Shown: positions 1-13,090 of the stretch, in pieces | Layout: the number at the start of each line of letters is the position of its first letter | How positions within the stretch are numbered: the stretch's first letter is position 1 | NCBI RefSeq assembly: GCF_006345805.1 | Contig: NC_043004.1 | Coordinates: forward strand, 84,630,001 to 84,694,000 | Direction of reading: 5' to 3' | From: Octopus sinensis | Taxonomy: Eukaryota | Length of the DNA: 64,000 nucleotides | Made by a program: the position numbers and the translations under genes | Notes under the pieces: generated by a model | Databases searched by the model: none | What the model was told of the DNA's origin: nothing | Seen by the model: only the letters and a program-made list of their open reading frames with translations

Positions 1-40
1 ATTTCTCATTCACTCGGAAAGATTAGTCAGCTCTTAGGCG

Positions 41-221
<181 letters not shown>

Positions 222-965
222 AATCTGTAATCTCTGTCTTTGCATTTTGAAAATGACACTTATTTTATATAAAATAAAAGCAGAAATGGAAAAAAAGTTG
301 TATGAATTAATATGCTCGAATGGGAATTAGTGATACGTAAGTATACTATCAGAAAGTATGACACACGCGCATACACGCTCTCACACATGTAAGCACATAC
401 ACACAAAGACAAATATTCAGAAACACAAATATACACTTATAGTTCAATTGAATAACACACTCTAAAATGTGGGTCATATTAGCATAAATATGTCTTTCCA
501 TCGCCCAATCGATCTGTGTCTCTCTTCTTCTCCCTATCTCGGAGTATACACACAGGGACGTGCGTGAGCGCAAAACACGTTTCATTCTGTCAGGAGTTCC
601 ACAGACAATTGTACATACTTAGCACAGCTTTAAGGCGTTGCTTATTTCTTATGAACCTTTACCAAAAAGGTTTAAGTTCGAAATATATTATATATAGTCC
701 TTAGTTATATTTTGTGAAAAGGAATAATCATAGCTCGAAAATACCGTGCTTTTCCTCTGAGTTCTATTTAACATTTTTATTCACCCTAAACCAGTTTCTA
801 AGCACCAATTGTTTAAATGTTACTATAATAATCTTTTTAACGGCAGTTTTAATGGATCCTATTCATATTCCATACAGCGAATTTATTTTCACCTCCTTTT
901 CTTCACACCCTTTTTCGGGAAAATTATTTTTAACTTAACTTTTTCTTTCAACTTGTCATTAAACA

Positions 966-1165
966 TTGGTTTCAAATTTTAGCACAATGCCAGCAGTTTC
1001 GAGGGAAGGGATAAGGCCATTACATAGACCCCAGTGCTCACCTGGTTCTTAATTTGTCAACCCCGAAAGGATGAGAAGCACAGTGGATCTCACAAAGTTA
1101 AGGCAGACGGAATGCCGCTAAGCATTGCCTCAGGTGTGGTAACAATTCCACCAGTTCTCCGCCTT
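966..1165 (-). mobile_element. tRNA-derived SINE, family A (degenerate)
   Basis: Reverse complement begins AAGGCGG.GA.CTGG and shares the ctaagcatt, ccccgaaaggatga and ccccagtgct blocks with the copies at 15152, 54811 and 63222. Confidence 0.8.
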
Positions 1166-1611
1166 CTTGTCATTAAATATTGACTAAAGATATATATGTA
1201 GAGTTTAGTACATCATAACAAATTGAACATTAATTTCATAAGAGTTTATAATTCCTATTTTCCACAACGATCATTGCATTCACTATCATATTACTGTGCA
1301 GAGAAAACAATGTTTCTACTCCGTATATTGTAGCTCTCTGCGAACGTAAAATGTTGGATTTGACATATCGATGTTTCATTCCTATTAAATTCAAAACATA
1401 GAAAGAATAAGCTATTTCTAAAAGAGGATGCAGTAGCAGAACATAATTATTATGCATGCAGACTCAGCCTTCCCCAGTTACGTCCTATAATGTCGCAAGT
1501 GCTCCCATCACCTCGAGTTTATAAATGCGCTTATGACTATTTACACTGATTCTAAAAGTGTATGCGTACTAAATACACACATACACACATACACACAAAC
1601 ATACATTCATT

Positions 1612-1777
<166 letters not shown>

Positions 1778-1855
1778 ATATGTATGCATATAAAAAGAAA
1801 TGTATAATACATATGCACGCATACTTACATCTATATATGCGTATATATGTATATA

Positions 1856-1966
<111 letters not shown>

Positions 1967-2320
1967 GTGTATTTCTGCGTCAATTTTTAAAGAAGTTATT
2001 CCTATCCAATTTTTTTCTGTTGCCTTCTCTCATTTCTCTTCTCCCTACAATCTCTATAGTGTTGCATACATCACTATCACACACGGCACATTAGTTTTCG
2101 AATTCCGTTTCCCTGCTCATTCACACCAGATTCCACCTCTTCATTGCCATCTCGGTATCCTGACACATACACAAAGACACGCACACACATACTTACACGC
2201 ACACTCACACGCAGAATACAAATTCAAACGTCCAACAAAACCTCATATCCCATTTTCTCAAGTCAATATTCAGCTTCGCTTGCGAACCTTTACTGACGTG
2301 CACAGAGAAACACAAACAAT

Positions 2321-2376
<56 letters not shown>

Positions 2377-3951
2377 ACAATTTCAAACGCCCATCTTCAT
2401 TTGAAAACCTCTAGCAACGTGCGCACACACACAGACGCATACAATCATGCACACACGCGCGCATACACACACACACATAGGCACAAGCACACATACATAG
2501 ACACATACACACATGGCAAAACACAACAGGCTCAGACGTACGAACAGCAATATCTCTTGCACTCATCTTAAGATATGAATACTTTTCAACACTTGCACAT
2601 AGAGTCATCGACTATTATTATTTCCTTAAATTCCACCTCCAAAAGGGCATTCCAATCTGTTTTCTACAACCTCGCCTATTTTCTTTCGTTGATGATCAAT
2701 TCTTCCAACCGTAACATCATTTAATTTTGATACAGTAGAGTACAAACATTTTAAACGTTAAGACATTTTACTCTCCTTCACTTGAACGTAAAACGAAAAC
2801 AGTATACGTGAAAATATATCATTCTTCCATCTTCTTTTTGTTCATTATATTTTCAATAAACGTGGTGGAGTGGTTCCGTTTGCAGATGTATTTACGAAGT
2901 ACAATTATACGTAGGTATGTATGAGACGCTTCTTTGTATGTACTTATGAGCTCTCCTTATTTACGCACATTCACACACACACACGCACACACGCATAAAT
3001 ATATGTTTATATGTAAAGGTACATATAGATACGCGCATACATATATAGCTATATACACGTGTGTTTATCTGTGTTTGTGTGCGTGCGTGTGTGTGTGTCT
3101 CTGTGTGTGTGTGTATGTTTAATATATGTATATCGACTTCAGAAAATAAAGAAAGCCATTTAACTTGCAAGGGAACACCATGCTGAATACGGTACAATTT
3201 ATAATGCATTGCATCTTATACAGGTTGGTTTTTAGCTTACGGAAAATTTTGAAAAGCCTATCAATAGTGTCACTTTCAATGCGAGAAAGGATCGTGTTTT
3301 ATTTCGTAGAATATATTGTGTGACATTGACAGAAAGTCGATCGTAATATAATTCACTACTTGCGAAGTAGACTGCTTTCCTTTTCGCCAAGAGAACAAAT
3401 GGTTTTTGTTCGTTACTCTGGGGTTGGAATGCACAGATATACATGGATTGTAATGTTTGTTTTCTTATTTAAGATTGAAGATTTCTGTAACATTCAAACG
3501 TCAATTCATTTTTCTGTGCTTAAAATCAAAGTATGTACACTGTCAAATATGTGTGATCCTACAAAATATATATCCTTGCAGTAAATGTGAAATATAATGT
3601 AAATAAAACCTCTATGCAAAGTATAGATTTATTGAAGGTATTTGTGAAAGAGCAAATGATAAAATAAATTAAATGTATTGTTAAAAGGTTCATAATGGAT
3701 GGATAAATTTGGGATTTCTGAGGGGACGCGACTAAAGTTTGGTGTTACATAGAACACAATCCGAAGCAAGGCAAGTAAAAATTTCGTTGCACTATTTAAT
3801 GTGGGGAATTAGAAAATTATCATCGCCTTTGTTTTTCGCTTTTGTTATTGTTGATACTGTATTTATTGTTGTAAGTAGCGATCTTCCTTTTATTGTCCAT
3901 GTTCAAGTTTTATTTGGGTTCCTTCCTGTTTCTCTCATTTGTTTCTTTTAA

Positions 3952-4011
<60 letters not shown>

Positions 4012-5202
4012 TCATGAAGTCAGATCGAGCATATGCATAAAGCAATGCACCCACACAGAATCTCACTGTTTCGATGGATCTACAAACATATTTGCAATTA
4101 GATTATATTCTAACAGAAAACAATTTTGGAGTTGCAGAGATATTCGTCTCTCATGACTTTAATATAAAAAATCCGCCTAGGAAATATACAAAAATACACC
4201 TGACGACGTTATATACTAGTATATACTAGTACTAGAGAGAAATGTTAGGTGTCGTATGTTATTGTAAATTTGATTACGATTTTTGCTTACTCAGAACATC
4301 CAACGCTCATCTTATAGATGCTTCATGTAAAATGATAATTTTGAATCATTATTAGTGTATTGATGGATAATGCAGTATATATATATTACTGTTTACCATG
4401 GTAAGAACATGGGAGATTTAATACATATCAATATTAAATATGACAGACCATTCCGAATCATACGCCAGAGCTAGCTTCATACGCGTTCATTTCCTGAACA
4501 TCTCTAATTCGAAACTATTTATTTGGAAACATCCAACGCTGTGTCAGATCTTATTGATTTGCATGTAGATTAATGCGGAAATATATCATTGGATATTTGT
4601 ATTAGAACTTTAGCAAATAGATTCACACTGTAAACCAATGATTATTAAACTGAAGCTCCGAGAGATATATTGTTCACTCACGAAGAATTTAAATGGAATT
4701 TACATATAGGATGTCAAAAGAAATCATGCAGTGGCTTTCATTAAATTGACACAGCTTTTATTTCATTATCCGTTGATGTAATGACACAATGTAAACCGAA
4801 TGCATATATGGGAAATATCATCATGAAAGCATTATATTACACTGAGTAATTGCTAGATGTCATACAAGTATCACTTACTGATATTAAATAGTAAAATTAG
4901 GGAACGCATCATTGAAAATCTTGATACAGTAGTTCCCGAATACGGTCATATTATCGTTTCAAATACTGTGAGCAGTAGAAATTTCATAAGGAAGCCTGCT
5001 GCGTGTTTCCAGAACCGTTAGCATCTCTATCGAAAATTTCTGTAGCGTTTTCTTCAAAAATGCACAAAATTTAGCATCACGTTGTTATCAAGTGCATACA
5101 GAAAGTAGCTTTAGCCGCCAAGAGCGTTCATGATGACATGTTATTCTGGGGGATTTGATAATCCCCCAGAAAAACGGCATCATAAATACTAAACCTAAAC
5201 TA

Positions 5203-6153
5203 TTGGCTTGTCCGGAAAGTTCGTGCCGATTTATAGTAGCTTACCTTTCGACCTTTTTAGAACATGGTTGAGACCAAAAGATAGGATTTGACTACAGTTT
5301 AAGCAATCTTTTCGCAGAATAAGATTTCTGTTCCAATAACCTGTGTTAAATTTGTAACCCTTTAAAATGGAAGATAAGAAAGTTAATTTTCAGCACTTGA
5401 TGCTTTTCTTTTTCTGTAAAGGGAAAACTGCCTCACAAACAACCAAAGAAATATGCGCAGGTTATGGTGGTGTTTCTTTATCCGAAAGAACTGTACGGAG
5501 GTCGTTCGCAAGGTTCCGAGCTGGAAATTGTAGCCTTATTGATAAAGAGCGATCATACAGACAGATGATGAACAAATCAAGTCATTAATTGAGAACAACC
5601 CACATTGCACAACTTGAGAATTGGCAGAAAGCCTCAACCTATCAAAATCTGTCATGCGTGTGCACCTGGTAAACCTTGGGTACACCAATCGGTACGATGT
5701 TTGGGTACCAGATGAGTTGAGTGAGCAGAACCATTTGGATCGCATTTCCATCTGTGATTCGCTTTATAAACGGAATGAAAACGCGCCTTTTTTAAGCAAA
5801 TTGTGACAGGTGATGAGAAATGGATTATCTACTGAAAGTTTCAGAGAAAACTATCCTGGAGTAAGCGACATGAGCCACCCTAAGCCACCCCAAAAGCGTG
5901 TTTCACCCAACAAAGTGTTGCTTTATGTCTGGTGGGATTGGAAAGGAATTCTGTACTATGAGCTTCTCCCAAGTAACCAGACAATTAATTCTGAGAAATA
6001 CTGCACACAACTGGATGAGTTAAAAGCAGCAATTCAAGAGAAATGTCCAGAATTGGCCAACAGGAAGGGTGTTGTTTTCCAAAATGATAATGCAAGACCG
6101 AACGTTTCTTTGGGAACCAGACAAAAATTGCTGCATCTCCATATTCACCAGAA
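5203..6153 (+). mobile_element. Tc1/mariner (mariner-type) transposase pseudogene; left TIR only, 3' end lost
   Basis: TA followed by the TIR-like TTGGCTTGTCCGGAAAGTTCGTGCCGATTT at 5203. Frameshifted ORF pieces from ATG 5367 carry a HTH region (SERTVRR.F.RFR.G), WVPDEL (=WVPHEL), TGDEKW, KVLLYVWWDWKGILYYELL, DNARP and a decayed HPPYSP at ~6134-6151. Confidence 0.95.
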
Positions 6154-6296
6154 AGAATTGTTGCCGAGCCGGGAAATTGCTTAGCGGCCTATCTTCTGAC
6201 TTATGTTCTGAGTTTAAATGCCCCTGGCGTTGACTTTTCCTTTCACACTTCGGGATTGCTAAAAAAAAACTGGGAATACTGCTGTCGATGTAGTCT
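6154..6296 (+). mobile_element. SINE family A inserted at the 3' break of the mariner relic
   Basis: agaattgtt..ccgggaaattgcttagcgg..gttctgagtttaaat..gttgacttttcctttca matches family A. Confidence 0.75.
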
Positions 6297-7574
6297 ACTT
6301 GCCTAATGAAATTGCTCGCCGTTTGCCAAAATGTGAAACCAATATACAGGAATATAGGAAGATGAGTCACAGTGGACATATAGATACATATTTAGGTAAC
6401 AGACAGCAACTAACTTTAACAGAAACTACATATAGAATGCAACAGAAGGAGTGTTAAATATATCAGCTACATATTTGATACAATTAAAATCATTTCTTCA
6501 TGTCGTAACTTGTCGATGATAAAAATTAAATCCTTTAACATGATTCAGCTATAGCACCGAAATCAACATTGAAACTAAATCCTGTTGTATCAGACATATA
6601 TTTTAAAACCACGAACTTCGGTGAAAAATTGTTTGCCTGGGCATTTTGACCACAAACCTCTGATTCATATATTTCAAATCAACAATGACTCGTGTTGATA
6701 AATACAGCTGCTGTTGTAATTTTAATTTCATCAAAATAAATAGAAAAACATACTGTGAAAAGAAACTGACTGTTTCATCCTTTAATTATAATTGTCACTT
6801 ATTGTTAGTATTTCTATTTTCAATTTGCTTTCAGGTAATGTTGTTTCTCATTAATTTTAACAAACATTTCATTTATTTCTTCCCATCTCAAAACAAATAT
6901 CTCAAAGCAAAATATTTTATTGCTATACAAATCTTCTCTTACATATATATACATTCGCACACACACGCATATATGTGTGTATATATATATATTCAAGCAC
7001 ATATGTGTGTATACACAAACACCCACATATTCTATGTGTGTGTGTCTCTGTGTTTGTGGGAGTATGTGCGTACGTCTTTGTGGCACTGTATTGTGTATGT
7101 GTGTGTATTTGCATTACCCAGTTTCCATCATTATTTCTTATCTCTTGAAGAATAATATTTGAAGAAATATTTCATTGTAATTGTTAAATTCACATAAATT
7201 TCTTTTGCACAAGAATGATTTGTGTTTAAAGGTGTAGTATTAAAAAATCACAATATTTAGACACATCTATGGAAGACTTAAATCATTACTGAGTGTGATG
7301 TCATTAATGTACGTTAAGTAGTTTAATTATTACCCAATATTTTTATAGTCCCAATAAAATTTGGAATGTCTCTCAAATCTGGTCATCCGTTTCGTTCTTT
7401 CAAACGTACCGTGTTAATATTTACGGTTTCTTTGTTTTCGATTTAATTTAGCATAAAACTATTTAGACGGAACCACTATTCATCTCATTAAAAAAACGAT
7501 ACAACTATTGTCGCATATTTTTTCACGAATAATTTTCCACCCAACGAAAAAAAAGGCTTTATGTTCTTCTTTGT

Positions 7575-7790
7575 GTGGAAGCACATGGTCTAGTGGTTAG
7601 AGCAGCGGACGCGCGGTCGAGGAATCGCGGGTTCAAATTTCAGAATATAATAGCGAACTTCTCCTCACTCTTTCGCCACAACTTTCTCTCACTCTTTCGT
7701 CCTGCACCTTGCAGCTCACCTGCGACGTACCGGCTTCCCGTCCAGGTGGGGAACCTATACGCCTAGAAAACCGGGAAACAGCCCTACTAT
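7575..7790 (+). mobile_element. tRNA-derived SINE (C-type head with D-type 3' tail)
   Basis: A-box TGGTCTAGTGG and B-box GGTTCAAAT. The ctctttcgccacaactttctctcactc block is shared with 56519, and the tail gtccaggtggggaac..aaaccgggaaac is shared with 19175 and 35390. Confidence 0.8.
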
Positions 7791-8134
7791 AAAATAAAAT
7801 TAGCTGGTGTTATAGACAATATGACAAAGAATTACTCAAAACCGTGTTTGCTTCTATCAGTATTGTTTACTTTTAAAACGAAAAAGACAAAAGCAACGTT
7901 TACAAAAGATATGTAAAACAATTCTATTTATTTTCTCTATTCATTTGTAAAAATTGTTGCGCAAGCGCACACAAATACTAATTTTGCAGACATTTAGCTC
8001 TTATTTATAGCTGTTTATTTACAGTTTTAGACAAAGCAATGGAGTGGTAAGGTGCGTATGGATCAATTTTGGAGATCTTCATAGAAAATAATATAAAATT
8101 TGCTTTTCCATATTCTTAATCTCAGTATTTTATC

Positions 8135-8384
8135 ATGTAGATTGAAAAAAAAAATCAAAATAAGTTATAAATTTTGAAGCTGGCGGGAGGAGGCAATTTA
8201 AAATTTTGAAACAAGATTTTTGCATATTCGGAATCACCGTCACCGAAAACATATGTATCCGCTGAGGGAAAACCTTCCACGGTTCATGATAAATCTTCAT
8301 ACAAAATTTGGCACAGATCGATCCAGTGTTTTGGCCGTACATTGAAGAAAGACACACACACAGAGTGTATTTTATATATTAAGA
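8135..8384 (-). mobile_element. Non-autonomous Helitron-like element, 5' part
   Basis: Minus strand starts A|TCTTAATATATAAAA followed by a (TG)n/gtct stretch, like the 5' end of the complete element at 57514. No 3' CTAG hairpin found. Confidence 0.5.
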
Positions 8385-9048
8385 TAACAACCTCACAGGA
8401 ATTATTCATATTAAAGGGAAAGGCAACAATTGTACTTACCAAATAATATCATACTTATAATCAGTAAATAACGGCAGGTTCAACATTTACTGAACAATGT
8501 TCTATGAAGGTTGCCAATAATTCTGTGACATTACTAACACAAAAAAAAGGCTTCTCCGTGATTGAAGAATACAAATATTCGAATTTGCAATAAATGCATG
8601 GAAATATGCGTACACATTAAAAGCAAAGAACATCAATATGTATCGGGAGATGATGCCACCTTATATAGCAGGGTGCACAATTGTTATCTTTCACAATATG
8701 CTACACAGAAAACATATTCACTGAGTATTTCTGTTTATATTTTATCCTTACATAGCACATTATCTGCCCGCTTTTCTCACTCTTACGTTCTGATAGAACA
8801 ATCATAATTGTCAGTGAAAATAGGCGCATATTCGTTTGAGGTAGTCACAGCGTAAGACCCAGCTATTTCTCATAAACCAAGCGCATTGCTAGAAATATAG
8901 ATGGCCGATAAGAATGAAATATGTCTATATAGCGTAAGAATTGCTACGAAAGGCATTTTGCATAAAGAACATAATCGTTACAATGCTAATATTGCTAACG
9001 ATAGCAATAAAAACTACAATAATAATAAGAAAGCTAATACATTAGAAA

Positions 9049-9099
9049 ATGATGACAACGACTACGACGACGACGACGACGTCAATGATGATGATGATA

Positions 9100-9131
<32 letters not shown>

Positions 9132-9519
9132 GGTGGTGGTGGTGGTGGTGGTAATGATGATGATGTTGATGATTATGTTGGTGGTGGTGGTGGTGGTGAT
9201 GATGATGCTGGTGGTGATGATGATGATTTTGCCGATGACTATGGTGATGAATAAAAATGAATATTGTTATCGTAGTTTTTGCTATGTTCATGCTCCTAAT
9301 ATGTAAAGATGGCGATTACTGGAATAATAATTGCAACGATACCGTTATTGTTGTTCTTCTTGCCGTCATTATTACTATTATTAAAGTGCATTAATAATAA
9401 TAATAATAGTAATAATAATAATAATAGTAATAATAATAATAATAATAATGATAAAAATAATAATAATAATAATAATGACGATGATGATGATGATGATGAT
9501 GATAATAATAATAATAATG

Positions 9520-9586
<67 letters not shown>

Positions 9587-9610
9587 TAATAATAATAGTG
9601 ATAATAATAA
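9049..9610. repeat. Compound trinucleotide microsatellites (GAC/GAT/GGT, then AAT)
   Basis: Direct observation. Confidence 0.97.
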
Positions 9611-9795
9611 TGGAACAAACAGGGGCTGCAATAAGGGCGGAGTACCTGCAGAAAACAGCACTGCTTAGAACCGCTCGAATACTCCGGATGGTGCTCGAAA
9701 AATAAGGGGCGTTACCTTAGTTCACTGGCAGTGAACAGCTGACACTGTGGTACGCTTCCAGCGTTAGAAGCTGTACAAAGACAATAAAATAGGTG
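9610..9795 (+). mobile_element. RLE (R4/Dong-like) non-LTR retrotransposon, extreme 3' end
   Basis: Encodes EYLQKTALLRTARILRMVLEK*, the conserved C-terminal helix of RLE elements. Followed by a 3'UTR and (GTA)n. Confidence 0.75.
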
Positions 9796-9826
9796 TAGTA
9801 GTAGTAGTAGTAGCAGCAGCAGCATC

Positions 9827-9899
<73 letters not shown>

Positions 9900-9918
9900 C
9901 TAGTAGTAGCAGTAGTAG

Positions 9919-10515
9919 AAACAATACAAGCGATAAAGTGTGTGCATCTTCATGGACTCTTATGCCGTAAATACAAATATGAAGTAACAGAGTTGGTATG
10001 AATACGTACCAAGGAATGTTATGCAGGAGTATGGAAAAGTACCGATACTCTGGGACTATGATTTTCAGACGGATCGTGTAATCGAACACCATCAGCCGAT
10101 TATTCTCATATTGAAAAAGAGAGACACATACTGTCAGATCATTGATGTAGCCATACCAAATGACATAAATGTTACAAGTAAAGAGGTTGAAACAAATCAC
10201 CAATCACTCTGAATTGAAAGTGGAAATTGCAAGATTGTATGGAATGGAAAAGGATAATTGAAAGTGATAGCAGTGGCGATCGGAGCGTTAGGTTCAATCA
10301 CATTGAAACTTCAAGACTTAAGGCAACTGGAAATCCCATGCAAAACTGAAGTCTTGCAAAAAGCAGTGTTACTGGGCATAGCGCACAACTTAAGGAAATA
10401 ATTATCTGTCTAAGGTCCTTGTTGTGACTTTTCAGATGAATAAAGACTCCAGTGCATTTATAACTACGCGATTCGAGTAAAGACTCCGGTGTATTTTTAC
10501 GTATAAGAAGGAATA
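9919..10515 (+). mobile_element. RLE (R4/Dong-like) non-LTR retrotransposon, 5'-truncated, frameshifted
   Basis: Across frames: DKV..LH.L.CRKY, WYEYVP, ILWDYDFQTDRVIEH.QP, IIDVAIPND, LKVEIARL, IGALG, LQKAVLLGIAHNLRK. This is the PD-(D/E)xK restriction-like endonuclease domain. Confidence 0.85.
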
Positions 10516-10527
10516 ATAATTATATTA

Positions 10528-10785
10528 CCTTGAACGTTACACGTATTGAGAAGAGTATTGGGGCCGTGAATTTTCTTACCCTTTTCCCTTTATTTTCTTT
10601 GTTCACTTTTGTATTCTTTCCTTTTTCTCTCTGTCTCTCTTCCCCTATTTGTATCATTTGACTTTGTAAATGAATAATCTTGGGCGAATAATTTAATGGC
10701 CAACAAATGTATAGAATGCGTTCTCTGCCCTTTGTGTCAGAAAGGCACACGGCAAGAAAAGGAAACAGTATTGAGAGATGATAAT
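10528..10785 (+). mobile_element. RLE retrotransposon 3' end (last codons + 3'UTR)
   Basis: HVLRRVLGP* parallels HVLRRALSM* of the next copy. The 3'UTR block aatggcc.a.caaatgtatag..tgccct..cac.cggcaagaaa.ggaa is shared with 11490-11575. Confidence 0.7.
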
Positions 10786-10898
10786 GAAAGTAATACGAAT
10801 AAGAATGATGATGATGAAGATGATGATAATAATAATAATAATAATAAAAACAACAACAACAATAATAATAATAATAACAATAATACCAACAACAACAA

Positions 10899-10945
<47 letters not shown>

Positions 10946-10990
10946 GTAATAATAATAACAATAATAATAATAATAATACAAAATAATTAC

Positions 10991-11588
10991 AATATCAAAA
11001 CTGCCGACAAGTGGTATAATCACCACCCTGAGGCTGTAACTGAAGGAGAAAATGTAACCATTCTGTGGGACATTCCAGTACATACAGACCGAACCATCAA
11101 GGCCAATAAACCAGATATTGTTGTGAAAGACCAAAATAATAAAGTTTGCTTATTGATCGACATGAGCATCCCCTGTGATCATAATATCTCAGCGAAAGAG
11201 TTTGACAAGCTCAGAAAATATAAAGACCTACTCGTTGAAATTGAGAAAATGTGGCATCTCAAGGCGGTTACAATACCAGTGATCGTAGCAGCACTAGGAA
11301 TGATCAAGAAGGGAACCGAAAATTATATGAGAATGATCCCTGGCTTACCATCCCTGCAAGAAGTGCAAAAGATTGTCTTAACTGGTACATCACACGTATT
11401 GAGAAGAGCATTGTCGATGTGAGAACTGTTGCTGCTCGTGTATTTTAATTTAACTTTAAAAAAAAAATGAACAAACTACTGAGTTTGGTTTAATGGCCTA
11501 CCAATGTATAGTATGAGTTTCTTTGCCCTAGGAGTCGGGAAGACACTCGGCAAGAAATGGAAGCAAATTTGAAAGAAGAAAAAAAAGT
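10991..11588 (+). mobile_element. RLE (R4/Dong-like) retrotransposon, 5'-truncated, endonuclease frame still open
   Basis: Uninterrupted KWYNHHPEAVTEGENVTILWDIPVHTDRTIKANKPDIVVKD..CLLIDMSIPCD..KEFDKLRKYKDL.VEIEKMW..IPVIVAALG..LQKIVLTGTSHVLRRALSM* (stop 11420-11422). Flanked on both sides by (TAA)n. Confidence 0.92.
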
Positions 11589-11656
11589 AATAATAATAAT
11601 AATAATGATGATAATAATAATAACAACAATGTTAATAATAAAAATAATAATAATAA

Positions 11657-11853
11657 CATCGAACATAGCTTAAAAATAAGAACCCAGGTTCTAAATTTCC
11701 CCAAAACACCTGATAAAGGCTGGAGGTTATATCAGCCGAAGCGTTGTGGTAGCAACAAACAAGATGAGGACAAATATCCGTCAAATGTAAATAATGGATC
11801 AAAATCAAATGTAAATAATTGACATAATTCCTCATTCCTTAAATATAGAACTA
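11657..11853 (+). mobile_element. ~190-bp HHR-bearing element (Penelope-tail-like), copy 1
   Basis: Nearly identical to 12240-12423. Contains ACAC-CTGATAA-A-GGCTG..CAGCC-GAAGCGTT-GTG, with the core mutated. Confidence 0.7.
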
Positions 11854-11927
11854 TAATAATGATAATAATAATAATAATAATAACAATAATAATAATAATA
11901 ATAATAATCATAATAATAATAATACTG

Positions 11928-11973
<46 letters not shown>

Positions 11974-12000
11974 TAATAATAATAATAATAACAATAATAT

Positions 12001-12066
12001 ACATACCCAAGGCACACAGAGCTGCGCTCGGTAGTGAACTGAAAGCACGCTATAAAAATAAAACTA

Positions 12067-12071
<5 letters not shown>
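12001..12071 (+). mobile_element. RLE retrotransposon, terminal ~70 bp of 3'UTR
   Basis: Near-identical to the 3' end of the minus-strand copy at 40773-40845; followed by (TAA)n. Confidence 0.8.
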
Positions 12072-12119
<48 letters not shown>

Positions 12120-12145
12120 TATTAGGAATAATAATGATGATGATG

Positions 12146-12220
<75 letters not shown>

Positions 12221-12239
12221 TTAATAATAATAATAACAA

Positions 12240-12423
12240 CATCGAAACATACCTTAAGAATAAGAACCCAGGTTCAGAATTTCCCCAAGACACCTGATGA
12301 AGGCTGGAGGTTATATCAGCCGAAGCGTTGTGGTAGCAACAAACAAGATGAGGACAAATATCCGTCAAATGTAAATAATGTAAATAATGTACACATTTCC
12401 TCATCTCTTAAATATAGAACTAT
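12240..12423 (+). mobile_element. ~190-bp HHR-bearing element (Penelope-tail-like), copy 2
   Basis: ACAC(12290)-CTGATGA-A-GGCTG-loop-CAGCC-GAAG-CG-TT-GTG. Same start and end points as copy 1; embedded in (AAT)n. Confidence 0.75.
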
Positions 12424-12426
12424 AAT

Positions 12427-12467
<41 letters not shown>

Positions 12468-12595
12468 TAATCATAATAATAATAATCATAATAATAATAA
12501 TAACAACAATAATGATAATAATAACAACAACAACAATAATAATAATAATAACAACAATGTTAATAATAATAATAACAATATTAATAATAATAATG

Positions 12596-12686
<91 letters not shown>

Positions 12687-12706
12687 TAATCATAATAATA
12701 ATAATC

Positions 12707-12737
<31 letters not shown>

Positions 12738-12841
12738 CAATAATGATAATAATAACAACAACAACAATAATAATAATAATAATAATAATAACAACAATGT
12801 TAATAATAATAATAACAATATTAATAATAATAATTATGCTG

Positions 12842-12876
<35 letters not shown>

Positions 12877-13001
12877 AATAATGGTGGTCGTGATGGTGGT
12901 GGTGGTGATGACGATGATGATGATGATGATGATGATGATGGTGATGGTGATGGCGGTGGTGGTGGTGGTGGTGGTGGTGTTGGTGATGTTGATGATGATG
13001 G

Positions 13002-13047
<46 letters not shown>

Positions 13048-13090
13048 GGTGGTGGTGGTGGTGGTGATGATGGTGATGATGATGATGATG
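12424..13090. repeat. (AAT)n/(AAC)n array with a higher-order ~220-bp duplication, then (GAT)/(GGT)n
   Basis: The variant block gataatcataataataatcata..aacaacaatgttaat..acaatattaat recurs at ~12465 and ~12685. Confidence 0.9.

Noticed and set aside
4196-4252. HHR-like ACAC-CTGACGA...GAAATGTTAG-GTGT with internal palindromes TATATACTAGTATATA and CTAGTACTAG
   Set aside because: The cleavage triplet is out of register with stem I by one nucleotide, and stems II and III do not close properly. At best a heavily decayed relic.
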